Source: an uncultured virus (IMG/VR IMGVR_UViG_3300044970_001619)
Taxonomy: Duplodnaviria > Heunggongvirae > Uroviricota > Caudoviricetes
Length of the DNA: 60,923 bases
Strand: one strand, 5' to 3'
IMG/VR virus record: IMGVR_UViG_3300044970_001619
Coordinates: 62,001-122,923 of that record
Shown here: piece after piece, positions 39,882 to 49,515 of the stretch
Position numbering within the stretch: position 1 is the first letter of the stretch
How the letters are laid out: each line of letters starts with the position of its first letter
Notes under the pieces: generated by a model
Databases searched by the model: none
What the model was told of the DNA's origin: nothing
Seen by the model: only the letters and a program-made list of their open reading frames with translations
Position numbers and translations under genes: made by a program

Positions 39882-40610
39882 TCAACCGAAAAAAGATGTT
39901 AACCCCTCCAACGTAACTTCACTTTCCACTCCAGTCTTTGGATTCTTAACTTTTACTTTGTGTGCAAGTTTTGGCATTGTATTAAAAAAGTTTTCAACCT
40001 GTTTGAATTGATTTGAATCAAGTGTTTCAATCCAAGAAACTAATTCTTTTTTAGTACAATCAGATGCTGCCCAACTTTCTTCTTCATTAAAGATCATATC
40101 AATACAAGAAGCAATAATATCTAAAGATTTTTCAATATTTGATGTACTTTGCTCTGTGTTAAAATCAAAATTATTTTTAATAAACTGGTCTAAAGATGGA
40201 TACTTCATTCTTAAAACTAAAGAACTATCAAGTTTAATATCCGTGCTATGATTTTCTTCTTTTTGAACTTGAATCTCATCAATATAAATTGTGACTGGAA
40301 CTTGAGTTTCCATATCATCACCACAAGTAATAATTAATTCAATAGACTCACCAACAGATTTTGAACGAAGGTTTAAGAACAAATATTCAATATCAAAAGT
40401 TGGAAGTTCTTCTACTTTAATTGCTTTTGTTAAAATACAATCTTTTAATACTTGCTTGATTGCATTTGTAATTTCTTTTGTATCTTGACTTTCAAGAGCA
40501 AGAATTAATATCTTTTCTTCTTTGACTAGAAATGGTCTGTATTTAATTGTTTTCCCAGTTGATGGCAAAACCAATTCATACGTTGGTGTAGAAATCTTAG
40601 GTAATGGCAT
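39882..40610 (-). CDS. gp26: Baseplate hub subunit gp26
   Basis: MPLPKISTPTYELVLPSTGKTIKYRPFLVKEEK...LEGLTSFFG. Confidence 0.9.
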   Translation of the reverse strand: MPLPKISTPTYELVLPSTGKTIKYRPFLVKEEKILILALESQDTKEITNAIKQVLKDCILTKAIKVEELPTFDIEYLFLNLRSKSVGESIELIITCGDDMETQVPVTIYIDEIQVQKEENHSTDIKLDSSLVLRMKYPSLDQFIKNNFDFNTEQSTSNIEKSLDIIASCIDMIFNEEESWAASDCTKKELVSWIETLDSNQFKQVENFFNTMPKLAHKVKVKNPKTGVESEVTLEGLTSFFG

Positions 40611-40634
40611 AATTCAATAGTTCAGTGCTTTTAT

Positions 40635-41339
40635 TTATTTACTCCTCGTTTTATGTTTTTCAATTACATAACGGGAGTAACTAAAGGTAACTATTGTTTT
40701 AGTGATTGTACTTCCTTCATAAGTCACTGGCATTGCTGCTATGTTTGTAGGGAAAGCATCAATCAAACGATAAGTTATTCTTGGCACATCATTAGTTCTA
40801 TTCAAATCTCTTTCAAATTTTACAATTGATATAATTCTCTTATATGTGTCGGGATATTTAAGTCTAAAGAAATCTGGACGATTTTTTGCGTCTCCCTGTC
40901 CCCTTGAATTTGCTTTAACTTCTCCAGCATCTGTATAAACAGGATTGATATAATTCATCCATTCTTCAAAAAGACGAATGAGTTTATAATCATAATCAAC
41001 ATAAAATGTCATTGTAACATCTGGATAAACTCTTTTAGTTGGAAACCTCTCTATCACTCCTTGACGTGACCCAATCTCTTCCGTGACATCAAAGGTTGCG
41101 CCAGGAAGTGAAGTCTCCGCACAATAAAAGTCAAATTTTGAAAATTCTCCATCACTTGTAATTCCTGCATCTGCCAACCAATTCATCAATAAATCACCAT
41201 CACCACGATTAGTCAAGTGCAATGATACCTTAAATTGACTTGTAAGGGATAATTTACCAAAGATTTCTAATGCTTCATCTGTTGTCTTATACAAAAAACC
41301 AACTTCAGGTTGTCCTGCTCCTGGTCCTCTTGATGCCAT
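40635..41339 (-). CDS. Tail tube-like/baseplate-tail tube junction protein (gp54-like)
   Basis: CAETSLPG, TMTFYVD...FEEWM, YRLIDAFPTNI...VTFSY (gp19/gp54 fold). Confidence 0.7.
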   Translation of the reverse strand: MASRGPGAGQPEVGFLYKTTDEALEIFGKLSLTSQFKVSLHLTNRGDGDLLMNWLADAGITSDGEFSKFDFYCAETSLPGATFDVTEEIGSRQGVIERFPTKRVYPDVTMTFYVDYDYKLIRLFEEWMNYINPVYTDAGEVKANSRGQGDAKNRPDFFRLKYPDTYKRIISIVKFERDLNRTNDVPRITYRLIDAFPTNIAAMPVTYEGSTITKTIVTFSYSRYVIEKHKTRSK

Positions 41340-41348
41340 TTATAAATA
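41337..41348. promoter_or_regulatory. Late promoter TATAAATA (+) at the divergence point of two operons
   Basis: TATAAATA at 41341-41348; overlapping TATAAAT on the minus strand. Confidence 0.7.
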
Positions 41349-41370
41349 CGATTAAGATTATATAATATGT

Positions 41371-41835
41371 ATGCCTCGTAACGAAGATAGTAAGTATAGG
41401 CAAGGAAAATATAGACCACAAAACCCAGAAAAATATAATGGTGACCCAACAAACATAGTTTATAGGTCATCATATGAATTGAAGTTTATGCAATATTGTG
41501 ACCTAACTGAAAGTGTAAATGGTTGGAAATCTGAAGAATTTTGGATTCCTTATCGTTCTCCAATTGATAATAAAATTCACAGATATTTCCCAGACTTCTT
41601 CGTTAAATATAAAGACAAAAATGGAAATAACAGACATCTGGTTGTAGAAATTAAACCACAAAAAGATTTAAAAATGCCAGAAACAAATCCAAAAAGAAAA
41701 ACAAAATCTTGGGCATATGCTGTTAAAACTTGGGCAGTAAATCAAGCAAAATGGGAAGCAGCAAAGGAATATTGTGCAGACAGAAATTATGAGTTTCGTG
41801 TTCTGACAGAAAAAGAATTAGGTATCAAATTATGA
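41371..41835 (+). CDS. gp4: Head completion nuclease gp4
   Basis: GKYRPQNPEKY, YRSSYE, HRYFPDF, VEIKP, NQAKWEAA. Confidence 0.9.
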   Translation: MPRNEDSKYRQGKYRPQNPEKYNGDPTNIVYRSSYELKFMQYCDLTESVNGWKSEEFWIPYRSPIDNKIHRYFPDFFVKYKDKNGNNRHLVVEIKPQKDLKMPETNPKRKTKSWAYAVKTWAVNQAKWEAAKEYCADRNYEFRVLTEKELGIKL

Positions 41836-42329
41836 TAGCAGAAGAAATTATAAAAGAAACGGGAGGAAAATATAAAAGCACCAGTTGGTATGTCAATTCA
41901 TTGATGAATTCTTTATTAGAATACAACAAAAAAGATATCAATCAATTAGATACTGGATTTATAATTCCTGGTGATTTAGTATTTTTTATGTACAATGCCA
42001 AGTATCCTCAAAGATATGATTATTGGGATATGCATCCACTATCTTATATCATTGAAGTAAATCCAAGAGAAGGTTCTTTTTTTGGTTCAAATCTTCACTA
42101 TCTAACACCAAAGTATCGTGAAGCAGTTGCAAATTCTTATCTAAATAAATCAGGTATTGTAAATGCACCCAAGAAAACTTTACATAAATATCTCTTCTCT
42201 GGAGTAATGAGTGATTTCTTTAAAGTGCCTGAAGGAGAATGGGCAGGAGTATCTTTACTTCCAACAGAGAAATTTGTGGATAGACGAGGACAACCAGTAT
42301 TTAAAACCAAAGTTTGGGACGCACCATAA
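41832..42329 (+). CDS. gp2: DNA end protector protein gp2
   Basis: PGDLVFFMYNAK...YWDMHPL...GSNLHYL...LHKYL; position next to gp4. Confidence 0.75.
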   Translation: MIAEEIIKETGGKYKSTSWYVNSLMNSLLEYNKKDINQLDTGFIIPGDLVFFMYNAKYPQRYDYWDMHPLSYIIEVNPREGSFFGSNLHYLTPKYREAVANSYLNKSGIVNAPKKTLHKYLFSGVMSDFFKVPEGEWAGVSLLPTEKFVDRRGQPVFKTKVWDAP

Positions 42330-43850
42330 ATGTCTGACTGGATAATACTAAACGACAATTATTACACATCACAACCAAGTGGTGCGCCAACTTCAATTAG
42401 ACTTGGAATTGAATACAACTATAAAACAGGAGATTATCAACTTAAAGAGCAACCACCACATAATGTAATTTCCCCTTCTGTATTTTTTCTAAATGGTAGT
42501 TGGACTAGTGATGCTATAAAAGATCCAAAATTATTTCAGGATGGGGATCCAAATAAACCCACACAACTAGCAAAACAATATTCAGAAAACATCAATAAAG
42601 TATCTTATGCTGCTTTTCAGACGAGAGGAGGAAGCGCAAAAGGCAATAAGATTAATGCGGCAGCGCAACCACAGAATCAAGGAAGATTTATTGTCTACAA
42701 TGCCCCTGCTGGAGCAGGACCACCACCTTCATTGCCTGGATTGGGAGGAACATCACTCACTGCCCCACCAGGACAAGGAAACTTTTTTGACCCTGGACTT
42801 AATTTAGGAAATTATAAAAATTTCCAAAGTAAAAATGAAAAAGAATTATTCAAAGGTCTTTTAAAGTACCCAAAAGATATTCTTGAGAATCAACAAGATA
42901 CTCTTCACATTACAATGTTTAATTATAAACCACCTCTTGAAGAATTATTTGATCCAGCACCAGGCAAAGCAATAGATATAAAATCTATATTCACTGAAGG
43001 AGTTCAAAGAAATAGTGCATTAAAAGATCCAATCGGAACAGTCATTCTACCAATCCCATCTGGAATCTCGGATTCCAACAATGTGGAATGGGGGGATGAT
43101 AGAATGAACAACATGTCAATAGCAGCTACTGGATATGTAGGTAAAAATTTGCTTGGAACTGGAATTCAACAATCTCTTGTTGCACTTGCTGCTGCCATTG
43201 CACAACAAAAGGGGGGATTAAATCTGCCATCAGGAGCAATAAATCAAGCAGCATTATTAAAGGGTGCAGGTGCTGACTTAAATATGCCAGAGATAAAAAC
43301 AGCATTAATGTCAATGGTATTGAAAAATGCTGGATTTGAAGTTTCCCCCGAAAGTATTTTGGCAAGGGGTGCTGGATTGGTTCCAAATTCAAATCTTGAA
43401 CTCTTATTCAGAGGTCCAACTCTCCGTCAATTTCAATTCGCATATCGTTTTAGTCCAAGAAGTGAACCAGAGGCAGCAGATGTAAGAAGAATCATCAGAT
43501 TCTTCAAGCAAGGAAGTGCTGCAAGAAAACTTAATGCAACAAAAGGTGCTGGTTATGGTTCAGTATTTCTTGGTTCTCCTAATGTGTTTAAGTTGGAATA
43601 TAAAACTGTAGGAGGAAAATCAATCGCAGGTGTAAATAAATTTAAAATATGTGCTCTTCAAGGAGTATCCGTAAATTATGCTCCTGATGGTCAATGGTCA
43701 GCATATAAAGAAGGACAACCAGTTTCTTACACAATGTCTTTAGGATTTCAAGAAATTGAACCCATATACGAAAGTGATTATCAAGATACAATATTTGATG
43801 GTCTATCTGGTGATTATAATGAAATCACAGAAAACGATATAGGATACTAA
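42330..43850 (+). CDS. gp48: Baseplate tail tube cap gp48
   Basis: LPIPSGISDSNNVEW, NLELLFRGPTLRQFQF, FQEIEPIY. Confidence 0.85.
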   Translation: MSDWIILNDNYYTSQPSGAPTSIRLGIEYNYKTGDYQLKEQPPHNVISPSVFFLNGSWTSDAIKDPKLFQDGDPNKPTQLAKQYSENINKVSYAAFQTRGGSAKGNKINAAAQPQNQGRFIVYNAPAGAGPPPSLPGLGGTSLTAPPGQGNFFDPGLNLGNYKNFQSKNEKELFKGLLKYPKDILENQQDTLHITMFNYKPPLEELFDPAPGKAIDIKSIFTEGVQRNSALKDPIGTVILPIPSGISDSNNVEWGDDRMNNMSIAATGYVGKNLLGTGIQQSLVALAAAIAQQKGGLNLPSGAINQAALLKGAGADLNMPEIKTALMSMVLKNAGFEVSPESILARGAGLVPNSNLELLFRGPTLRQFQFAYRFSPRSEPEAADVRRIIRFFKQGSAARKLNATKGAGYGSVFLGSPNVFKLEYKTVGGKSIAGVNKFKICALQGVSVNYAPDGQWSAYKEGQPVSYTMSLGFQEIEPIYESDYQDTIFDGLSGDYNEITENDIGY

Positions 43851-43851
43851 T

Positions 43852-44694
43852 ATGTCATACTTCAGAGAACTTCCCAACTTTGAGTACGTCTCAAATTTTC
43901 CAAATCAAAGTTTTAATGATGATTATACTGTAACAAAAAATCTATTTAAAAGAGCAAAACTTAGAGATGATATTGCAAATGCAGTTTCTGCCTTTGAATA
44001 TTACCAAATAATAGATAATGAGAGACCAGACCAAGTAGCACAAAAAGTTTATAATGATTCATCTCTTGATTGGGTTATTCTAATCTCAAATAACGTTACA
44101 AATCTAAATGACCAATGGCCTTTAGATAATAATAGTCTTTATAAGTATCTTTTGGATAAGTATGGTGATGACGAAACAATAGCACAAGTCCATCACTACG
44201 AAACGATAGAAGTTAGAGATAGTTTTGATAGATTGATTCTTCCTGGTGGTTTGCAAGTTGATCCACAAAAAACAATATCAGTCACAACAAACACAACAGA
44301 TACTGAATATAATCTATCTGAGTTTCCAAGTGCTGATGCCGACAATGTAATCACAATTAATTTAAATCAATTTGTTCGTGTTTTTGGAAATTATATATCT
44401 AACGAAAATACTGATGCCATTGTAAAAGATATTGAAACTAATAAATCCTTCCTACAAGTAAAAGCACGAGATACAAACACACCAATTTCAATTATAAACA
44501 CTTTATCAAATTGGCCTAATAGTTGGGGTGGAAGTTTTTCAGTAGTTGGAAGAAACAGTATATCTACAACTATACAAGTCGGTGATGTTGTCTTTGATAA
44601 TGATGTTGCATTAGACCCAACACTGTATGAAATTGTCGGAGAAATTCAAGACGGAAAGGTTGTTCCAGTATTTAAATTCCTACCTCAATCCTAA
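43852..44694 (+). CDS. gp53: Baseplate wedge subunit gp53, N-terminal part with extra domain
   Basis: MSYFRELPN, ERPDQVAQKVY...LDWVIL, QWPL, HHYETIEVRD. Confidence 0.85.
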   Translation: MSYFRELPNFEYVSNFPNQSFNDDYTVTKNLFKRAKLRDDIANAVSAFEYYQIIDNERPDQVAQKVYNDSSLDWVILISNNVTNLNDQWPLDNNSLYKYLLDKYGDDETIAQVHHYETIEVRDSFDRLILPGGLQVDPQKTISVTTNTTDTEYNLSEFPSADADNVITINLNQFVRVFGNYISNENTDAIVKDIETNKSFLQVKARDTNTPISIINTLSNWPNSWGGSFSVVGRNSISTTIQVGDVVFDNDVALDPTLYEIVGEIQDGKVVPVFKFLPQS

Positions 44695-44707
44695 ATAAAA
44701 ATAAAAA

Positions 44708-45001
44708 ATGGCAACTCCATTACCTGGCGTAAAAATAAAAATATCTACAGAAAAACAAGATACCAAAATCACTGCACCAGCAGGAAACGTAGTATCAACA
44801 AAAAATAGTTTTAAAGCAGTTTCAAATTATGAATATGAGGTTGACCAAAACGAAAAAAAAAGACTTATTTTAATTCTAAAACCAGAATTTCTTTCAGTAT
44901 TCATAAGTGATATGAAGAACATTATGAAATATGATGAGTCTTCTCAATACATTAATCAAACAACTAAACGTGGTTATAATCCAAAAACAACTGGGGTATG
45001 A
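44708..45001 (+). CDS. gp53 C-terminal part encoded as a separate gene
   Basis: VSNYEYEVDQNEKKRLILILKPEFL, the usual gp53 C-terminal motif. Confidence 0.7.
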   Translation: MATPLPGVKIKISTEKQDTKITAPAGNVVSTKNSFKAVSNYEYEVDQNEKKRLILILKPEFLSVFISDMKNIMKYDESSQYINQTTKRGYNPKTTGV

Positions 45002-45012
45002 ACCCTACAGAC

Positions 45013-45047
45013 AAAAAAATACCCCCGATTTTTTTCGGGGGTAAAAT
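45013..45047. terminator. Intrinsic terminator between convergent operons
   Basis: TACCCCCGA-loop-TCGGGGGTA stem; long T run on the minus strand. Confidence 0.8.
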
Positions 45048-45070
45048 GGATTTAAAAGTTGATTTTGAAA

Positions 45071-45970
45071 TCAGTCTGATGCCAACTTTTGAAAGTATGA
45101 AAGTGCGTCATCTTCATCTTCATCATCATTAGAAACAGAAGAACGAACTGAAGTAGTTTCTTTCGCAGGACGTGAAACTTCAACTTCTTCCTCCTCATCA
45201 ATCGTCTCGGGGTCTTGATACTTAGGAGTTCCTTTGAGACCAAGTGTATAATCAAGACGTTTCTTCAAATCTTCATAAGACTTGAACTCACCTGGAGCAA
45301 CAAAGTCATTCAAGTTGTTGAGTGTCTTATAGATTGTTTCCAGTTCATCATCGTCTTCAAGAAGAACAGAAGATGGTGCGAACTCGGACTTATCGTAGTT
45401 CCAATAACCATCTTTCTTTACCAACTTCAGTTTGAAGTTAGCACCCTTCCAGAAATCAAAAGGATTGATTGGTTCTTCATCATCAAACTCTGGTTGCATA
45501 GAAGCCATAATCTTATCAAAGATTTTCTTACCAAACTTATAAAGAAAAACTTTTCCTTCGTTTGATGGATTTGCAGGGTCTTTTACAACATAAATGTTTG
45601 CAAAATAAGAAAGTTTACGCTTACGATCACGAACAATATTTTGATTGTCCTTACTGCCAGTATTCCAAAGTTCACGGTTTGCTTCACATACAGGACAGTT
45701 TTGTCCCAAAGTAGTGAGGCAATTATCAATCATCCATTTTCCATTTGATTGAAATGCGTGAGACCAAACTTGAACCCAAGGCAGATCACAACCCTCTGGT
45801 GCAGGAAGAAATCGAATGATTGCGGAACCAGTACCACCCTTATCCATTACAGGTTTCCAAAAACGATCATCATCTTTGGAACCACTGTCGTTAAGTTTCT
45901 CAACTTGTTTGATGAGTTTTTCGGTCAAAGAACCCAGCTTTGATTGCTTCTTCAAATCAGCAAATGACAT
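45071..45970 (-). CDS. gp32: Single-stranded DNA-binding protein gp32
   Basis: IRFLPAP, NCLTTLGQNCPVCE, GANFKLK, acidic tail. Confidence 0.95.
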   Translation of the reverse strand: MSFADLKKQSKLGSLTEKLIKQVEKLNDSGSKDDDRFWKPVMDKGGTGSAIIRFLPAPEGCDLPWVQVWSHAFQSNGKWMIDNCLTTLGQNCPVCEANRELWNTGSKDNQNIVRDRKRKLSYFANIYVVKDPANPSNEGKVFLYKFGKKIFDKIMASMQPEFDDEEPINPFDFWKGANFKLKLVKKDGYWNYDKSEFAPSSVLLEDDDELETIYKTLNNLNDFVAPGEFKSYEDLKKRLDYTLGLKGTPKYQDPETIDEEEEVEVSRPAKETTSVRSSVSNDDEDEDDALSYFQKLASD

Positions 45971-46015
45971 TTGTATTCTCCATATTAGTTGTATTGAGAC
46001 GTATTGTACATATTA

Positions 46016-46044
46016 ATTGTAGCAGTAATGAAGTTATTTGTCAA
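46016..46044 (-). promoter_or_regulatory. Sigma70-type promoter for gp32
   Basis: TTGACA-N17-TACAAT. Confidence 0.8.
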
Positions 46045-46366
46045 GTGTTTCTTCAAGGTTTTGGATTGACTCTTCCAGTTTTTCAAAGAAAGCATTCAAA
46101 TTATCTCCTGGTTTCAATCCAAAAATTTTGGCAGAATCCAGAATTCTATTTTTCATTTCAATTGCTTCTGGGTCATCAGACAATGATAATCTAAAAACAA
46201 AATTTTTTTGTTTTTCTAAAAAAAGTTTCATCTTATCAAGATGTTCCTTTTTTTGTTTTGAGTCAAAGAAAGGAAGAGAAAACAATTCATCAAAAATACT
46301 CTGCTGAAGTTCTTCCAATTCAAGTAAAGATTCTCTGACTTGTTCCGAATCAAAAAATCTACTCAT
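46034..46366 (-). CDS. Conserved cyanophage protein (DUF1825-like)
   Basis: FFDSEQV...RLSLSDDPEA. Confidence 0.7.
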   Translation of the reverse strand: MSRFFDSEQVRESLLELEELQQSIFDELFSLPFFDSKQKKEHLDKMKLFLEKQKNFVFRLSLSDDPEAIEMKNRILDSAKIFGLKPGDNLNAFFEKLEESIQNLEETLDK

Positions 46367-46953
46367 AACACAATCTCCTGAAGAACTTTCTTGTACTTTG
46401 CTACATCAATATTTAGAAATGGTTTGTATTTTATAATTCTTAACCTAACGGTTTCCCATACTGGGTCTGTTATTTTTTTATCAAATTTTTTAACATAACC
46501 CAATATCATATCCAATATCACCATTGTTTCTAAACTGACTGCTTTTTGAAAATACTTTTTAAGAATTTCTGGATGTTGATTGTTTTTTATCTCAAACAAT
46601 TTTTCAAAATTATCCTTTTGGATAAAAATTTCACATTCAGTTTTAAACAAATAAAAAAGACTCTGAGATTTTTTCAACCAATTAGTATATGTTTCTTCCC
46701 CACTACGAATAATTTCACCAATCCAAAGTGATTGTGGGTCATTACATTCAACAAAATTTGCAACAAAATATGCTTTGATTTCATCATCACTCTTCTGTCT
46801 AGAAGTTCGTTCAAAGAAAAATCTATCTTTCCTCTTATGAAAAGAGTCCAGAGATGCTCTGGACTTTCCACAATACTTAAAGTAATCGTATGATGGTTTA
46901 TTAAAATGATTTTTTATTGCAAGATAGGTTTTATATACATCAAATGGAGTCAC
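46363..46953 (-). CDS. gp59: Helicase loader gp59
   Basis: YLAIKNHF...YDYFKY...FHKRKDRFFFE. Confidence 0.9.
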   Translation of the reverse strand: MTPFDVYKTYLAIKNHFNKPSYDYFKYCGKSRASLDSFHKRKDRFFFERTSRQKSDDEIKAYFVANFVECNDPQSLWIGEIIRSGEETYTNWLKKSQSLFYLFKTECEIFIQKDNFEKLFEIKNNQHPEILKKYFQKAVSLETMVILDMILGYVKKFDKKITDPVWETVRLRIIKYKPFLNIDVAKYKKVLQEIVL

Positions 46954-47204
46954 AACGGCAATTTAGCACGAGTAGTTTTTTTCAAAAAATTCAATTCAAT
47001 AGCATCATTTTTAATTTTTTCCTTTAATGGTTTTGAAATTAGTTTAGAAACCGTTTCAATTTCAATGCTATTCTCTTCACAATAAGTAACGATTGCATCA
47101 ATATAATTAATTTTAGAATTTTTTACAATATTTTCTATATCCTGTGCAAACCTTTGAGGACATAAAAACTTACTATTTAATTCGTCCTTTACTTTATCAT
47201 TCAT
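46950..47204 (-). CDS. gp33: Late transcription coactivator gp33
   Basis: NYIDAIVTYCEEN...KLISKPLKEKI...LNFL; start reassigned to the ATG at 47204. Confidence 0.85.
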   Translation of the reverse strand: MNDKVKDELNSKFLCPQRFAQDIENIVKNSKINYIDAIVTYCEENSIEIETVSKLISKPLKEKIKNDAIELNFLKKTTRAKLPL

Positions 47205-47934
47205 ATTGGTGAAGTTTATCTCTAACAAATTCTCTAATATATTCGGTGAGTAATTTAATGTATTTTTGTTTGTCATATTCTTCATAAACAATGCATTCTC
47301 CATTTTCACAAGCCATAATGATGACTAATTTCTTTACCATTATACCAGTAATCTCGTATAACATACAACCATATGCCATACACTGAACAAAATAGTGTTC
47401 AATCCACTCTCTTGGTTTTGGTTTTTTAGAAGTTTTAAAGTCGATTATTGCTAACTCACCATTATACTCTCCGATACAATCTACAGTTCCTGCAATACCA
47501 AGAACTTTACTGTAAAGAGAACCTTCAAGAGCATGAATATTATTTATACAATTTAATTCTGGTTTTGCAATTTTGAAGAGAAAATCAGATAAAGGTTGGA
47601 CTGGTGGAAGGTCTTTATTGTAAAGATAATTTTCCACCAGTGTATGCATATCAGTTCCACGACTGGTTGCTTGTTTAGTAATTTTATCTGCTTGCTTTTC
47701 CCCAACTTTTTTTCTCCAATCAGCAAAGAACTGACGGTTCTTATGACTGGTTACAGAGGTAATTGAAACAAGTTTAATTGGTTTATCTTCTTCTGGTATT
47801 GTGTAATAACGAACACCATCTATGGTTTCCCTTTCAAGTTTTGGAAGATTAATATCAATATGAGTGAAAAGATTACTTTTTATTTGTTTTTCACCATATA
47901 ATTCATTATATTTTTCAATTAAAGGATTAGACAT
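47197..47934 (-). CDS. PD-(D/E)xK exonuclease (Cas4/RecB-like phage exonuclease)
   Basis: SITSV, RGTDMH, AGTVDCI, IIDFKTS, YFVQCMAY. Confidence 0.85.
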   Translation of the reverse strand: MSNPLIEKYNELYGEKQIKSNLFTHIDINLPKLERETIDGVRYYTIPEEDKPIKLVSITSVTSHKNRQFFADWRKKVGEKQADKITKQATSRGTDMHTLVENYLYNKDLPPVQPLSDFLFKIAKPELNCINNIHALEGSLYSKVLGIAGTVDCIGEYNGELAIIDFKTSKKPKPREWIEHYFVQCMAYGCMLYEITGIMVKKLVIIMACENGECIVYEEYDKQKYIKLLTEYIREFVRDKLHQYE

Positions 47935-48692
47935 TAATAACCTGCTTCCATTTTTGCAACAATATATTCCTTAACAAGTCCAGACCTACAAATATCATCT
48001 ACTCCAAATTCAATAATATCAAAAGATTCCATCTTTCTTAGAATATTCATAAAATCACTAATGCCGTTTCTTTCATTTGTTTTAACCAAATCAGATTGTG
48101 TGGCATCTCCACAAAAAATAATTCTGCTATTTTCACCGACACGAGTAATGATAGAATCCAATTCGTGAAAATTAAGGTTCTGATATTCATCAACAATAAT
48201 GATTGAATTATCAAGTGTTGTACCACGAATAAAAGATGTGCTCCAAAACTTTACAGTTTCCTGAGATTTGAGATTACCATAAAGCATCTCAAAATCAGCA
48301 TCACTGGGCATTTGGAACATATACTTTACCATATTCTTATAAGGAATTTGATAAAGAGCAGACTTATCATCGTGGTCTCCTGGAAGAAAACCAATCTCAC
48401 GAGTTGCTACAAGAGAACGAACCACATAGATTTGTTCGTATGGTGTTGTCTCATCTAATACATCTTTAAGTGCATTATAGAGACTGATAAATGTTTTACC
48501 AGTACCAGCACAACCATAAGCAACCAAATGTTTTCCGTTTTTATATGATTCAAAAAGTTTTCTTTGATTCTCTGTTAAAGGTTCAACATCAATGAGATAA
48601 TCAGCACTGATTGGTTTTCTCCTCTTCATCTGTTTGGATGTGTAACCAACACCAATTGGTTGATTGTCATTGTTTCTTCTTTTTCTTGCCAT
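47934..48692 (-). CDS. phoH: PhoH-family ATPase
   Basis: GCAGTGKT, IGFLPG, RGTTL, IVDEYQN, GDATQSDL. Confidence 0.95.
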   Translation of the reverse strand: MARKRRNNDNQPIGVGYTSKQMKRRKPISADYLIDVEPLTENQRKLFESYKNGKHLVAYGCAGTGKTFISLYNALKDVLDETTPYEQIYVVRSLVATREIGFLPGDHDDKSALYQIPYKNMVKYMFQMPSDADFEMLYGNLKSQETVKFWSTSFIRGTTLDNSIIIVDEYQNLNFHELDSIITRVGENSRIIFCGDATQSDLVKTNERNGISDFMNILRKMESFDIIEFGVDDICRSGLVKEYIVAKMEAGY

Positions 48693-48694
48693 AG

Positions 48695-48937
48695 TTAAAT
48701 CGGTTTTACGTTTGCCCCAGGAACCTTTGAAACTTTAGAAAGTACCTCATTCCATCCAGGATTTCTGCTGACGTGCTTACTTAGCATATCACCAATCTCT
48801 CCTGGTGTGGCACATCCTTGTGACCAATCACGGGACCAAGGTTTATTATTTTCATACCAATCCATAATATCATGGACACTCATTTCAATAACTTTTTTTT
48901 CACCCGTTTCCGGATTATAAACTGGATATATTGCCAT
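48695..48937 (-). CDS. Conserved T4-like hypothetical protein
   Basis: MAIYPVYNPETGE...GWNEVLSKV; TAATG overlap with the upstream endonuclease. Confidence 0.7.
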   Translation of the reverse strand: MAIYPVYNPETGEKKVIEMSVHDIMDWYENNKPWSRDWSQGCATPGEIGDMLSKHVSRNPGWNEVLSKVSKVPGANVKPI

Positions 48938-49488
48938 TAAACCAATCTCCATCCTTTATGTTGTTGTTGTCTTCCTCTACGCAAATCATATATGCAAGAG
49001 GGTTTTAAATTGTGTAGTTCACAAAATTCATTAATATTGTCACCATTATATATTTCCCCCTTTGGAGACATCAATTTAAACGATTTAACATGTAAGGGAG
49101 GTTTTATTCCCATATCTTTATTTCGTTTAGAAAGACGATTTTTCGCATCTTCACTCATACCTGGACCCAATACTCTACCCTTGCAGGAATTTCGTATCTT
49201 TTCTTTACTTTTTTCAGTATGTCCAGTAAAGATAGGAGGAGCATCTCCACCATTTGATTTATTGCGAAGAATTCCAGTTCCCAAATCTTTTCTACCAAAA
49301 ACATTAATCATATAAATTTCATGTTTATATGCAGCATCTTCTGTAAGATTATTTTTAAGAATGAGTATTCTGTCTTTTGGTGGAGGAGAAAAGAAATCAT
49401 GTTTTTGATATGCTCTTCTACCTTTACCTTTACCAATATACCATGGAGTTTTATCTTCTCGTAAATAAGCGTAAGTATAATACTCCAT
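48937..49488 (-). mobile_element. Free-standing GIY-YIG-like homing endonuclease with NUMOD3-like motif
   Basis: YYTYAY...YIGKG...R, conserved E and LRN, HTEKSKEKIR, KGW terminus. Confidence 0.75.
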
Positions 49489-49515
49489 AAAATTACAAAA
49501 TCAACACAAAAATAT

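Noticed and set aside
47197..47934. Cas4-like nuclease as a sign of a CRISPR system
   Set aside because: Ordinary core T4-like exonuclease between phoH and gp33; no cas genes or array
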